Source of the DNA: a virus | Lineage: Duplodnaviria; Heunggongvirae; Uroviricota; Caudoviricetes | Length of the DNA: 28,681 nt | Virus record (IMG/VR): IMGVR_UViG_2563366854_000003 | Coordinates: 1-28,681 of that record | Reading direction: 5' to 3' (one strand) | Shown: positions 1 through 8,526 of the stretch, in pieces | How positions within the stretch are numbered: position 1 is the stretch's first letter | Layout of the letters: the number at the start of each line of letters is the position of its first letter | Notes under the pieces: model-generated | Told to the model about the DNA's origin: nothing | Database searches by the model: none | Seen by the model: only the letters and a program-made list of their open reading frames with translations | Made by a program: the position numbers and the translations under genes

Positions 1-1131
1 TCAAATGACCAGTTTTTTCCACTCCTTACCGCGTACATCGTTGTAAATATCGGTCATTTTTTGATTCGAATGGCCTAGCAAAATTTTGGTATCAACCCCC
101 TGCTCTCTGAACAATCGCTCTGATAAAGATCTCTGCTCATGGAAAGAGGGTGGGGTGCCATTAGCACGCCAGTTGTAATCCACAGAATCCCGGGCTTTTT
201 TAAATGCAACGGTTAATGTTGCTGGCTTAACCATCCCGCCGCGCTTAGCTGTCCCTTTCGCGTGATGGTGGTGCAATAGCCACGGACTAAGAACACAATC
301 GCGGCAGGATGACACTACATCATCCAGGGTGAGATTTAATTTATCGCAACGCAGAGCCAGAGGGATGGCAATCCGGGTTCCTGTTTTTTGCTGTTCGACA
401 TGAAGATAACCATCCCGGATATCCGAAAATTGCATTTTGCAAATATCTGAAAGGCGCTGGCCTGTCATCAGTGCCAGCAGCATACCGCGCTGTAAAAAGT
501 AACCATCCTTTTCCGCTGCGTTATAAATCATCATCCACTCATCAAAAGTCAGTCGCTGTCTTGATATCCGCACCTGCGGTTTTTTTGCCGATTCTGCAGG
601 GTTAAAGCCTGGCGGGACATCGCCCGTTTGCTGAGCTTCCCGGAAAACATCGATCAGTACCTTCCTGAAAATTTGTCCCATTCTGTTATGTCCTCTGGCC
701 TTGTACTCTTCCAGTACTGATACCACATCTTTTACGGTTATGGCATCTAACGGTCTGGTGCCAAAACGTTCATCAAATACCCTGAGAGGGGCCGCTTTCT
801 GTTTCAGCGTGTTGAGTTTGATCTCGCCGTTTTCATATCTTTCCTGTTGAATTTTTCTGTAATTATTCAGAAAAATGGTAACGGTTGATGAACCGCCGGT
901 ATCACTAATAATTTTCTCCTGCAGACTGAGCATTTGTTCCATTTGCTGCCGGGCAAGACGGCTGTTCGCTTCTGCTGCAATAGTTTCTGCCAGTTTCTGG
1001 TCAATACTGCCGAGACCGTGATTTTTGCCTGTTATGGGATGCCTGTAACGCCAGTAAACTTTGTTATTTCTTTTGTCAAAATACGGAGATAATCCCGGAA
1101 CATCGGTTTTATATTTTCGCGGGCGCGCCAT
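1..1131 (-). CDS. int: Phage tyrosine integrase (lambda Int family), complete; stop codon at window positions 1-3
   Basis: 376-aa minus-strand ORF; C-terminal region shows tyrosine-recombinase features (R...HxxR...Y, 'LGHSNQKMTDIYNDVRG'); start overlaps upstream xis, the typical xis-int arrangement. The att site would lie beyond the window start. Confidence 0.9.
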   Translation of the reverse strand: MARPRKYKTDVPGLSPYFDKRNNKVYWRYRHPITGKNHGLGSIDQKLAETIAAEANSRLARQQMEQMLSLQEKIISDTGGSSTVTIFLNNYRKIQQERYENGEIKLNTLKQKAAPLRVFDERFGTRPLDAITVKDVVSVLEEYKARGHNRMGQIFRKVLIDVFREAQQTGDVPPGFNPAESAKKPQVRISRQRLTFDEWMMIYNAAEKDGYFLQRGMLLALMTGQRLSDICKMQFSDIRDGYLHVEQQKTGTRIAIPLALRCDKLNLTLDDVVSSCRDCVLSPWLLHHHHAKGTAKRGGMVKPATLTVAFKKARDSVDYNWRANGTPPSFHEQRSLSERLFREQGVDTKILLGHSNQKMTDIYNDVRGKEWKKLVI

Positions 1132-1357
1132 CTTCCAGTATCCTCTTCAAAGCAGGGTGATCTGTGGCGATCACCTCCGGCTTGTTTACCATTCCGACAA
1201 AGCGAGCTTGCGGATCCACTCGCCAGCGTCTTCCAACTTTTTTGGGGAGAGGAAATATCATTCCGGCTTTAGCGTATTTACTTAACGTACTCGGAGTAGG
1301 GACCGGTTCACTGAATTCCTCTTTTGCCCACTCAGTGAGCAGAATAAGTCTTGCCAT
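1109..1357 (-). CDS. xis: Excisionase (Xis-like small DNA-binding protein)
   Basis: 82-aa ORF 'MARLILLTEWAKEEF...' directly upstream of and overlapping int by 23 nt; size and position typical of lambdoid excisionases. Confidence 0.7.
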   Translation of the reverse strand: MARLILLTEWAKEEFSEPVPTPSTLSKYAKAGMIFPLPKKVGRRWRVDPQARFVGMVNKPEVIATDHPALKRILEDGAPAKI

Positions 1358-1421
1358 GAGCGTCGTTCGCTAATCATGGTCGCCGCCACTATAGCTGGTG
1401 GGCAACGACCGGGGTTGAACA

Positions 1422-3893
1422 TTAAAAATCAGCCTGATTCGGGATCAGTTTTTGCCAGATAGTTGAAACGTATTTTGCCTGGTAACGGGCATCATCCAGC
1501 GCATTGTGGCGCTCACCTTCGAATGGAATAGCCGCCCTGGCATCGAAGTCCATGGCTTTTCCCAGCTCAACGATTGTGCGTACATCGCGATCGTTGTAGT
1601 AACGCCACGGGCAGGGGATCTCCTGCCGTTCGTATGAACGGCGCAAAATCGTGTTGTCGAAGTTGGCTCCATTTCCCCAGACCTGAACAAAAAATTCACC
1701 GGAGTTTTCGTCGATAAATTCCCGCAATTGTAACAGTGCATCATCTAACGGGATTTCATCGGTCATAATGGCAGATTGCGCTTCGCGTGATTGCTTAAGC
1801 CACCATTTAATGGTGTCCCGATCAATGACTCCGCCAGCAGTTTCCAGATCGATAGTCTTACTAAATTCCGGTCCCATATCTCCGGTTTGCGGATCGAAAA
1901 ATATTGCACCTATTGAGATAATCGGGGCATCGGGATTTTTTCCCATGGTTTCAAGGTCGATCATCAGATGAATCCCCGCTCTGCTGGTGGATGTGAGATT
2001 ATGATGACCGTTCGCCTTAATTAAGGGATCTGACGCCTCGCCAGTTTTACTATCGCTGGCATGATGCTGATTGCCGCCAGTGTTCTCCTTGTGCTGATGC
2101 GCAGTGCCTTCCATTTCCTCCGGATCATTTTCCTGAACTTCAGGCTGATTCTCTCCATCGAATATTTCCTGGTATGTTGCGTCACCCATCACCGCACCAC
2201 AATCAGGGCAGTTGCCGCCACCGCTATGACCGCAGGCGGTGCAGATCTTTTCCGGTTCCTGTTGCACTACTGGTTCAGGTTGTTTCGTTTCTGGCTCGTT
2301 TTGTTGCGTATTTGGGCTGTTTTGTTCCGCTTTCTGGTCGTTCTGTTCCGTTTCTTGCTGGTTCTGGTTCACAGAATCGCGGGTCTGGATCCCCTTAACC
2401 CATTTCGGATCATTCGGGTCGCTAATCCCTTCAACAAATTCACCACGTGATACTGCAAGCAGTTCATCGGCGTCAGGCTGGCTGATATTGGCTGCCTGCA
2501 TAATTTTGTTTACTTCGTCAGCGGTAACTTTTACTGACCCTGGTTGTGCGGTCGTGTCAGATGCACCAGTATTTTGTTGTGAACCTGAGTATGTACCGTT
2601 TTTGCGGGCGAAATATTCTTCTTTCGTGATTTCAGTAGCCCCAGCAGACAGCGCCTTATCCAGACCAGAAAGTTTGTTTGCGCGACCGTATTTTTCGCCA
2701 TCCTTGTCGGTGAAGAGGAAGTAGAACGGCCCCTCACGTTCTACAGATGGTTCGACTTCCACTTTGCATTCGGTTTTTTCGTTGTCTGGAATTGCCGTTT
2801 CCACTGCATCAGTTTCTGGTACTGGCGACGAGAGAGTATCAGTTGCGCTCTGATTTGTTCCTTCATCTTCAAACACGCCCTTTGTATTCAGGTATTCAGT
2901 AATGTATTTGTTCAGTGCCACAGGGTCTTTGTGAATGTCGATCGGACGTTCACGGACAAGGCCAAAAATAGTCTGGCGGTCGTAGCGAAGGGCATCAGGC
3001 TGTTTGCGCATTGATGCCGAGATACGCTTCCAGTCTTCGCGGTCGTTGTCGATAACTTCATTTTTTGCCCAGCGATGGATGCTGCCGTCAATGTTTCCGG
3101 CATCCACATCACCAGGCCAGAGAGCGTAGGCCAGTTCGTCATCCAGTGTTTTCCATGTCTGCTTGTATTCGCGATGAATGGCAGCAATGACCGGGTTGAT
3201 TTTTCCTGTTGAATTTTCAGTGTGCTGTTGATTGGCTCTGGCGCGGGCGAGATCAACAACAGACGTGTATTTTCCGGCTTCCTTGCGTTCACCTTCGCGA
3301 CGTTTTTTCCAGATGCGCATCTCTGCCTGAATTTCGGGCCATTTGGCACCAGGCTTACATTTATGCTTAACCCACCCGATGGCATGCAGCTTAAGCTCCG
3401 GATACATAGCGTTAACTTCTGGCATTTTCATCAACGCTTCAACGATATGGCCGTCGAATGTTGCCATGTCTTCCTGCAACAATTCCTGTGCGCTAATCAC
3501 CATATCAACAGTGATTTTTTCACATGTGTGGAACTTAACCATGACAGCGTTCTGTACTTCAGGGGCTAGGTTGTCAAAAGTGACGTTCATCGGATCGGAT
3601 TCAGTCTCGACCGGGACAAAGGAAGCAGACGCCTCATCCCAGCGGTTTTCCTGCATATATTCAGCATCCCAGGAATCGAGGGCAGGGCGGGGTATACCGG
3701 GTTTATCCTCGCAAACAAGAAATTTATAAGCGCAGTCCTGAGCAGCCGGATAATGTTCCAGGAATTGCCAGTGAAATTTTGCGCGGGCGCGACGTTCATC
3801 ACCGGCTTCAATGGCAGTGGCTACAGCGACGGCACCTTCTTCCTTTATTGCCTGTTCGTCCGGAATGGCGGCGCAAATAAAGACTTTACTCAT
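1422..3893 (-). CDS. Large prophage exonuclease with C-terminal DEDDh (DnaQ-like) 3'-5' exonuclease domain; intact counterpart of the disrupted ydfE-type gene of Qin
   Basis: 823-aa ORF; C-terminal domain carries Exo I 'IDLETMG', Exo II-like 'WGNGANFD' and Exo III 'HNALDDARYQAKY' motifs; central Cys-rich 'CTACGHSGGGNCPDCGAV' zinc-ribbon-like motif; internal Q/E/N/P-rich low-complexity tract. Sits downstream of dicB-ydfD as in Qin. Confidence 0.8.
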   Translation of the reverse strand: MSKVFICAAIPDEQAIKEEGAVAVATAIEAGDERRARAKFHWQFLEHYPAAQDCAYKFLVCEDKPGIPRPALDSWDAEYMQENRWDEASASFVPVETESDPMNVTFDNLAPEVQNAVMVKFHTCEKITVDMVISAQELLQEDMATFDGHIVEALMKMPEVNAMYPELKLHAIGWVKHKCKPGAKWPEIQAEMRIWKKRREGERKEAGKYTSVVDLARARANQQHTENSTGKINPVIAAIHREYKQTWKTLDDELAYALWPGDVDAGNIDGSIHRWAKNEVIDNDREDWKRISASMRKQPDALRYDRQTIFGLVRERPIDIHKDPVALNKYITEYLNTKGVFEDEGTNQSATDTLSSPVPETDAVETAIPDNEKTECKVEVEPSVEREGPFYFLFTDKDGEKYGRANKLSGLDKALSAGATEITKEEYFARKNGTYSGSQQNTGASDTTAQPGSVKVTADEVNKIMQAANISQPDADELLAVSRGEFVEGISDPNDPKWVKGIQTRDSVNQNQQETEQNDQKAEQNSPNTQQNEPETKQPEPVVQQEPEKICTACGHSGGGNCPDCGAVMGDATYQEIFDGENQPEVQENDPEEMEGTAHQHKENTGGNQHHASDSKTGEASDPLIKANGHHNLTSTSRAGIHLMIDLETMGKNPDAPIISIGAIFFDPQTGDMGPEFSKTIDLETAGGVIDRDTIKWWLKQSREAQSAIMTDEIPLDDALLQLREFIDENSGEFFVQVWGNGANFDNTILRRSYERQEIPCPWRYYNDRDVRTIVELGKAMDFDARAAIPFEGERHNALDDARYQAKYVSTIWQKLIPNQADF

Positions 3894-3985
3894 TTTGTTT
3901 TACCTCATTACAGATTTAAGGGTGAACAAATCCCTGCCATTGCTGGCATATAAGAATGAAATCGGATGTTTATTACGGAACTGTT

Positions 3986-4177
3986 TTAAAGACCTGCCGG
4001 GATTTCGTTATTATCCTGGTGAATAACTTTATCGACCGGGTAACAGTTACCGGGAATTTTCTGTTCGGTTGCTGCAGTCACACACTCCTGCATTGTCCTG
4101 TGAACACTGACTGCAATATCAACTGGCTCTCCGGAAACAAGAAAAACTGTCAGAACAAGTGCAAATGCTGTATTCAT
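3986..4177 (-). CDS. ydfD: YdfD-like small lysis/membrane protein (63 aa)
   Basis: Internal Met of the 81-aa track ORF gives 'MNTAFALVLTVFLVSGEPVDIAV...IPAGL' (63 aa), matching the Qin YdfD sequence as I recall it, with an N-terminal TM helix; start overlaps the dicB stop (ATGA). Confidence 0.8.
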   Translation of the reverse strand: MNTAFALVLTVFLVSGEPVDIAVSVHRTMQECVTAATEQKIPGNCYPVDKVIHQDNNEIPAGL

Positions 4178-4362
4178 TGCCAGCATCCTTTTTGTATCGG
4201 ACGTAAACGGGCCAACATTGAAAGAATGCATATTTTATTTAATAGCTCCCGTTCGTGTTTTCTCTTGTTAATGGCATCTTCAGTAAATACAGGGTTACTG
4301 ATAGTGACACCAATTTCAAAACAACCTTCAGACGTATTAACGTTTGGTAATAACGTTTCCAT
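4174..4362 (-). CDS. dicB: Cell division inhibitor DicB (62 aa)
   Basis: Internal Met of the 97-aa track ORF gives 'METLLPNVNTSEGCFEIGVTISNPVFTEDAINKRKHERELLNKICILSMLARLRPIQKGCWQ', recognisably DicB (MinC-activating division inhibitor); lies immediately downstream of dicF. Confidence 0.85.
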   Translation of the reverse strand: METLLPNVNTSEGCFEIGVTISNPVFTEDAINKRKHERELLNKICILSMLARLRPIQKGCWQ

Positions 4363-4531
4363 TATCGCGTCCTCAACAATGAATTTTGTGATGCGGTGCC
4401 TGGTGCTTCCAGGTGACGTTAACCAGTTAACAATTAACGCCGGATACAGAGAATCCACCCATAACACTGTTTTTGGTTTTAACTGTTCCGCGTGCGCTCA
4501 GCCGCATTCACCGCATCACAAAATTCACTTT

Positions 4532-4589
4532 AAAAAGGGCGGCAGAGCAGTCACGGAGTAAAACTGATACCGCCAAACGTCACCAGAAA
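4532..4589 (-). ncRNA. dicF: DicF small regulatory RNA (ftsZ-targeting sRNA) with its terminator hairpin
   Basis: Reverse complement of 4532-4589 reads TTTCTGGTGACGTTTGGCGGTATCAGTTTTACTCCGTGACTGCTCTGCCGCCCTTTTT, the DicF sequence ending in a GC-rich hairpin (GGCGGCAGAGCAGTCACGGAG...CTGCCGCC) plus T-run; position between ydfC and dicB matches the Qin operon. Confidence 0.85.
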
Positions 4590-4929
4590 ATTGATAACAG
4601 AGGGCGTTGCAGCGGGGTTGTCACTTAAGCGTATGGTCAACCTGACAACCCGGTGTCCTCAACGGGGAAGGAATAACCCCGCCATACTCACCGCCGCGCC
4701 ATTTCGCGGATTGCCACAACCGGAAGCGCACGGTCGACGAAAATTTAACGACAGGCTATCTATGAACCAGCTACCTCGCCGTGCGCTTTCGCGTTATGGT
4801 CTGACCTTTCAGGGAAATATCCTTTCAGTAAACTGTCTGTGCCGGATGCTCACCCGTGTCCGGCGCACGCACTCCACCTCATCCGTGGAGAACTCCTTAA
4901 TTACCAACCTTAGCTTCGTTGGTTAGCTA

Positions 4930-5148
4930 TTAACGCGGGTATGTAATCATTCTGGCAATGCTTAATGCCGCTGCTTTTTCCAGATTAGTGATATCCTGCT
5001 CCAGAGCGGACAGATTTTCAGCCTGCTTAGCCCTGGCTTCATTGGCCCATTTCAGATCCTGCGCTGCATTAATTTTCTGGTGCATCCACTCATAAAGTTC
5101 ATCATCGGTATAGTCTGGCGCGATGATGACGGGTTCTCGTTTCTGCAT
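4930..5148 (-). CDS. ydfC: YdfC-like small protein (72 aa) of the dicB operon
   Basis: 72-aa ORF at the position and size expected for ydfC between ydfB and dicF; the sequence itself is not independently recognised. Confidence 0.5.
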   Translation of the reverse strand: MQKREPVIIAPDYTDDELYEWMHQKINAAQDLKWANEARAKQAENLSALEQDITNLEKAAALSIARMITYPR

Positions 5149-5177
5149 ACTGATTCCTCGCGGTGCTGTTTCGCTTA

Positions 5178-5306
5178 TCAGCCGTTAGATTTTGCCGAAC
5201 TGGAAAGCGCCTGTTTAAACTCACTGAAGCTGAGAGCTTCTTCGCCTTCGGCAAGGCCTTCGAAGTATTCTTCGTAAGCCTTTTCCATGATTGTGTCGAA
5301 ATCCAT
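5178..5306 (-). CDS. ydfB: YdfB-like small acidic protein (42 aa)
   Basis: Manual translation from ATG (minus) at 5306: 'MDFDTIMEKAYEEYFEGLAEGEEALSFSEFKQALSSSAKSNG' (42 aa), stop at 5178-5180; packed tightly between ydfA and ydfC; below the 60-aa ORF-track threshold. Confidence 0.45.
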   Translation of the reverse strand: MDFDTIMEKAYEEYFEGLAEGEEALSFSEFKQALSSSAKSNG

Positions 5307-5307
5307 A

Positions 5308-5463
5308 TCACTCACCTGAGTTTCTTTCCAGCCAGCGACGGGCACCATTTTCGGTTTTAAACGTTTTGCTTTTGGTATACGTCATTGCGGTGAACGTGCC
5401 GTCCTGGTTGGGGAACACGCCACATACCAGAGATTCGCTGTTGCCAAGATCGATAGTATCCAT
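5308..5463 (-). CDS. ydfA: YdfA-like small protein (51 aa), first gene of the dicB operon
   Basis: Internal Met of the 78-aa track ORF gives 'MDTIDLGNSESLVCGVFPNQDGTFTAMTYTKSKTFKTENGARRWLERNSGE' (51 aa), the size of Qin YdfA; GAGG-type RBS upstream. Confidence 0.55.
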   Translation of the reverse strand: MDTIDLGNSESLVCGVFPNQDGTFTAMTYTKSKTFKTENGARRWLERNSGE

Positions 5464-5759
5464 GCTGACCTCATTTCCCCTTAACGCCGGGGTAGCGGAA
5501 CAAAAACCTGCTGCATAGTTATTAAAGTTGAACCCTGCCGTCATGTTCTTACGCCTCGGGCTGGCTACTTAACCCCTGACCACTGCCTGGTAACTCGAAG
5601 TATTGCCCTGCATTCTGTGGGGCGGGGTGGTGGCAGGTATATAATGTACTTTGTGTTCATTGTTGTAAAGTACTTTTAGTACATTTTGTGTGTAAAAAAA
5701 TGAGATGGGATAAAGTGAAGCACAAACCCGGAGGAAGGCGCTACCGGATTTATGCTGGT

Positions 5760-6179
5760 TTAAGAGGCTTTTTGTTTTTTCTTTCGTGCTAACTCTTCGT
5801 AAATTGCATTGTACTTCTGTTTTTTCTCTTCAAGAGTTTTTAAAAGTTCATCTGTCTCACTGTCAGGGAGCTCGTCCAGAAGGTCAATGATGATTTTTTG
5901 TCTTGGATTTAACTCCTGATAGAAACGTACCTGTCCACTTTCTTCTGTATCCTCTCCCAAAAGATAGGTTGGTGTTGTTCCTATTAGTGTTGCTAATTCC
6001 CTTAATTTCTCCCGGCGAGGAATTGTTTCGCCATTAAACCATTTGCTAACCGCTTTTGGTGTTAATTTCATTCGACGGGCAATTTCTGCCTGCCTTCCAT
6101 GTTGTTCATAACCAGCGTTTTCACAGGCTAGCGCAAGCCTACTGGCGAACTCTTTACGCGCTTTATCTTCATGAACCAT
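5760..6179 (-). CDS. XRE-family HTH repressor (DicA/cI functional analogue, no peptidase domain)
   Basis: 139 aa; HTH 'RQAEIARRMKLTPKAVSKWFNGETIPRREKLRELATLIG'; divergent from a Cro-like gene and upstream of the ydfA-dicB operon on the same strand, mirroring dicA in Qin. Sequence differs from K-12 DicA as I recall it. Confidence 0.8.
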   Translation of the reverse strand: MVHEDKARKEFASRLALACENAGYEQHGRQAEIARRMKLTPKAVSKWFNGETIPRREKLRELATLIGTTPTYLLGEDTEESGQVRFYQELNPRQKIIIDLLDELPDSETDELLKTLEEKKQKYNAIYEELARKKKQKAS

Positions 6180-6258
6180 AAGTTCAATGATATTCGCTCT
6201 TGAATGTACTGTCAGTTCTGTTATAGCATGTACTCAAAGTTCACATTGTGAGGGTGAT
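6180..6258. promoter_or_regulatory. Divergent promoter/operator region between repressor and cro-like gene
   Basis: 79-bp intergenic region holding two direct copies of ATGTACTnnnAGTTC (aATGTACTgtcAGTTC and cATGTACTcaaAGTTC). Confidence 0.4.
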
Positions 6259-6513
6259 ATGAACCAGAAAACACTTGAAGATGTAATCAAAACTGTTCGC
6301 GTTGCTGTTGTGGCCGACGTTTGTGGTGTCAGCCAAAGAGCAATCTATAAATGGATGGATAACGGAAAATTGCCTCGCACAGAATATACCGGCGAAACAA
6401 ATTACGCTGAAAAAATCGCTCTTGCATCAAACGGATTATTTTCTGCCGATGCAATTTTAACTATTGGCAGGAATAAAACTACTACGAAAAAGCTGATGGG
6501 AGTTGATTCATGA
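6259..6513 (+). CDS. Cro-like / YdaS-like small HTH regulator
   Basis: Internal ATG at 6259 preceded by GAGGG RBS; 'MNQKTLEDVIKTV...VSQRAIYKWMDNGKLPR' HTH; divergent from the repressor; ATGA overlap with the next gene. Confidence 0.65.
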   Translation: MNQKTLEDVIKTVRVAVVADVCGVSQRAIYKWMDNGKLPRTEYTGETNYAEKIALASNGLFSADAILTIGRNKTTTKKLMGVDS

Positions 6514-6935
6514 AAATCAAGCATGAACACATCCGCATGGCGATGAATGCCTGGGCGCGTCCTGATGGCGAAAAAGTTCCAGCAGCTGGAATAACCCAGG
6601 CTTATTTTGAGTTGGGTATGACGTTCCCAGAACTGTATGACGACAGCCATCCGGAAGCCCTGGCTCGCAATACCCAGAAAATTTTCCGCTGGGTAGAGAA
6701 AGACACCCCTGATGCTGTTGAAAAAATGCAGGCTCTGTTACCGGCGATCGAAAAGGCGATGCCGCCTTTGCTGGTGGCCCGTATGCGCAGCCACAGTTCT
6801 GAATATTATCGTGAGATCGTCGAACGGAGGGATCGGCTGGTGAAGGATGTCGATGATTTTGTTGCGTCAGCGGTTGTTTTGTATGACCAGATGAATCGCG
6901 GCGGCCCGGCAGGGAATGCTGTGGTGATGCACTAA
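6510..6935 (+). CDS. YdaT-like / CII-like regulatory protein (putative)
   Basis: 141 aa 'MKIKHEHIRMAMNAWARPDGEK...' immediately after the cro-like gene with a 4-nt overlap; assignment by position and N-terminal resemblance to Rac YdaT from memory. Confidence 0.45.
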   Translation: MKIKHEHIRMAMNAWARPDGEKVPAAGITQAYFELGMTFPELYDDSHPEALARNTQKIFRWVEKDTPDAVEKMQALLPAIEKAMPPLLVARMRSHSSEYYREIVERRDRLVKDVDDFVASAVVLYDQMNRGGPAGNAVVMH

Positions 6936-6942
6936 AAGCACG

Positions 6943-7920
6943 GTGTTCGGGGGTTTTATGAGCAGCAAGCTTCATGGTCTTGTCTGGGAAGGGTGCGCCT
7001 TCACCGGCATGATCTTATCCAGGGTGGCGGTTATGGCCCGTCTTGCAGACTACAGCAATGACGAGGGCGTGTCATGGCCTGCCATTGAAACTATCCGGCG
7101 TCAGATCGGTGCAAGAAGTGAATCCACAGTGAAATCGGCTATTGCAGAACTGGCGAAAGAGGGCTGGCTGACGAAGGAAGAGCGTAAGGTCGGTGGGCGT
7201 AATGTAAGCAATATCTATCGGCTTAATGTGGAAAAACTCGAAGCAGCTGCGGCGGCGGCGCGTGAGTCATATAAACCGAAAAGAAAAATTAGCCCGGCAA
7301 AAAATGACCCGTTAACAGTTGACCCGTCAAATATTGACCCCTCAACGGTTGACCCGTCAAATTTTGATGGATCAACTGTTGATAAAAAACTGCCGATTAG
7401 GGGGGCGATGATTGACCCCGATCCGTCAGTATTAAAACCTGATCCGTCAGATAAAAGATCTTCTTGTCCGGACGCTTCGCAACCGGACCCGCAGACGGCT
7501 GAACAGGATTTTTTAACCCGACACCCTGACGCGGTTGTGTTCAGTGCGAAAAAACGCCAGTGGGGAAGTCAGGAAGATTTGGTGTGCGCACAGTGGATCT
7601 GGGGACGAATCGTGAGTCTTTACGAGCAGGCGGCCAGCGATGATGGCGAGATCACTAGACCGAAAGAACCCAACTGGACAGCATGGGCCAATGACGTTCG
7701 CACAATGCGGATGCTGGATGGCAGAACTCACAGACAAATTTGTGAAATGTTTGGGCGTCTCCAGCGGGATTCGTTCTGGGTAAAAAACATCATGAGTCCG
7801 GCAAAACTCCGGGAAAAATGGGATGAACTGGTTATCCGCCTGGGGCGTTCGCCTGCGCAGCGTTGCGTGAATCACATTTCTGAACCGGACACTGAAATTC
7901 CGCCGGGCTTCAGGGGGTAA
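6943..7920 (+). CDS. Replication initiator (lambda O-like) with the origin iterons inside the gene
   Basis: 325 aa; N-terminal winged-HTH-like region ('ETIRRQIGARSESTVKSAIAELAKEGWL'); the central peptide 'DPLTVDPSNIDPSTVDPSNFDGSTVD' is encoded by tandem 15-bp DNA repeats, as iterons embedded in lambda O are. Confidence 0.7.
   Translation: MFGGFMSSKLHGLVWEGCAFTGMILSRVAVMARLADYSNDEGVSWPAIETIRRQIGARSESTVKSAIAELAKEGWLTKEERKVGGRNVSNIYRLNVEKLEAAAAAARESYKPKRKISPAKNDPLTVDPSNIDPSTVDPSNFDGSTVDKKLPIRGAMIDPDPSVLKPDPSDKRSSCPDASQPDPQTAEQDFLTRHPDAVVFSAKKRQWGSQEDLVCAQWIWGRIVSLYEQAASDDGEITRPKEPNWTAWANDVRTMRMLDGRTHRQICEMFGRLQRDSFWVKNIMSPAKLREKWDELVIRLGRSPAQRCVNHISEPDTEIPPGFRG
7305..7394. repeat. Putative replication origin iterons (about six tandem 15-bp units, TGACCCGTCAAnnnT consensus)
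   Basis: Units at 7305, 7320, 7335, 7350 (well conserved), 7365 and 7380 (degenerate); further ATCCGTCAG repeats at 7421-7450; AT-rich stretch follows. Confidence 0.65.
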
Positions 7921-7960
7921 GTGTTAATTTCTGGTCATGAGGTAATTTTCAGGAGGGCTT

Positions 7961-8386
7961 GTGGCAAAAGTTTTTACACAAGAAGAGCGGGAGAAAATTA
8001 AAGGGCAGGTTGTTGAACTCGTACGCCAGAGTGGGCGCGAGACGTTACGACAACTGGAAACTAAAACTGGGGCAACAAGATATCTGATGAGCGTTCTGGC
8101 CAGAGAGCTGGTTGCCAGTGGCGATGTATACAACTCTGGTTACGGGTTATTCCCGTCTGAACAGGCGCGTAAGGACTGGCAAAATGCTCGCAAAAAACTC
8201 TCAAGGGCAAAGGTGAAGAAACCTGCAGTGGTTGATCCGGACCTTATCTGGTCGTTACCAGACGGCGAAATACGCCGCTACGACAGGCGCCTGAATATAA
8301 TCTGTCGCGAGTGCCGGAAGAGCGAAGCTATGCAGCGTGTACTGGCATTTTATCAAGGAAATGTTAGGTATTTTAGACGTTACTAG
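7961..8386 (+). CDS. Hypothetical prophage protein (GTG start)
   Basis: 141-aa ORF starting GTG at 7961 with a consensus AGGAGG RBS at 7951-7956; basic C-terminus with a 'CRECRK' motif. Confidence 0.5.
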   Translation: MAKVFTQEEREKIKGQVVELVRQSGRETLRQLETKTGATRYLMSVLARELVASGDVYNSGYGLFPSEQARKDWQNARKKLSRAKVKKPAVVDPDLIWSLPDGEIRRYDRRLNIICRECRKSEAMQRVLAFYQGNVRYFRRY

Positions 8387-8526
8387 ATTAAAGAGCATTA
8401 GTTCAGATGTGAATTGACATTTTCATGGCGCAGGGTAGAGCCAGCGTGGTTGTCGAGCCTGTACATAGATTTGTGTAATTGCCTGATTTTGATATGTTCA
8501 ATCCAGCATCAAATGAAGGTTAATTT

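Noticed and set aside
2061-2724. Several plus-strand ORFs (129, 74, 161 aa) inside the exonuclease gene
   Set aside because: Antisense to a long, motif-supported minus-strand gene and produced by its low-complexity repeat tract; translations are Cys/Phe/Leu-rich with no domain features.
3956-4561. 201-aa plus-strand ORF
   Set aside because: Lies antisense to the recognisable dicB, ydfD and DicF sequences; Cys-rich low-complexity translation typical of a spurious antisense frame.
4591-4926. 111-aa plus-strand ORF upstream of DicF
   Set aside because: Opposite strand to the dicB operon, overlaps the ydfC 3' region, no RBS, Arg-rich translation; more likely non-coding.
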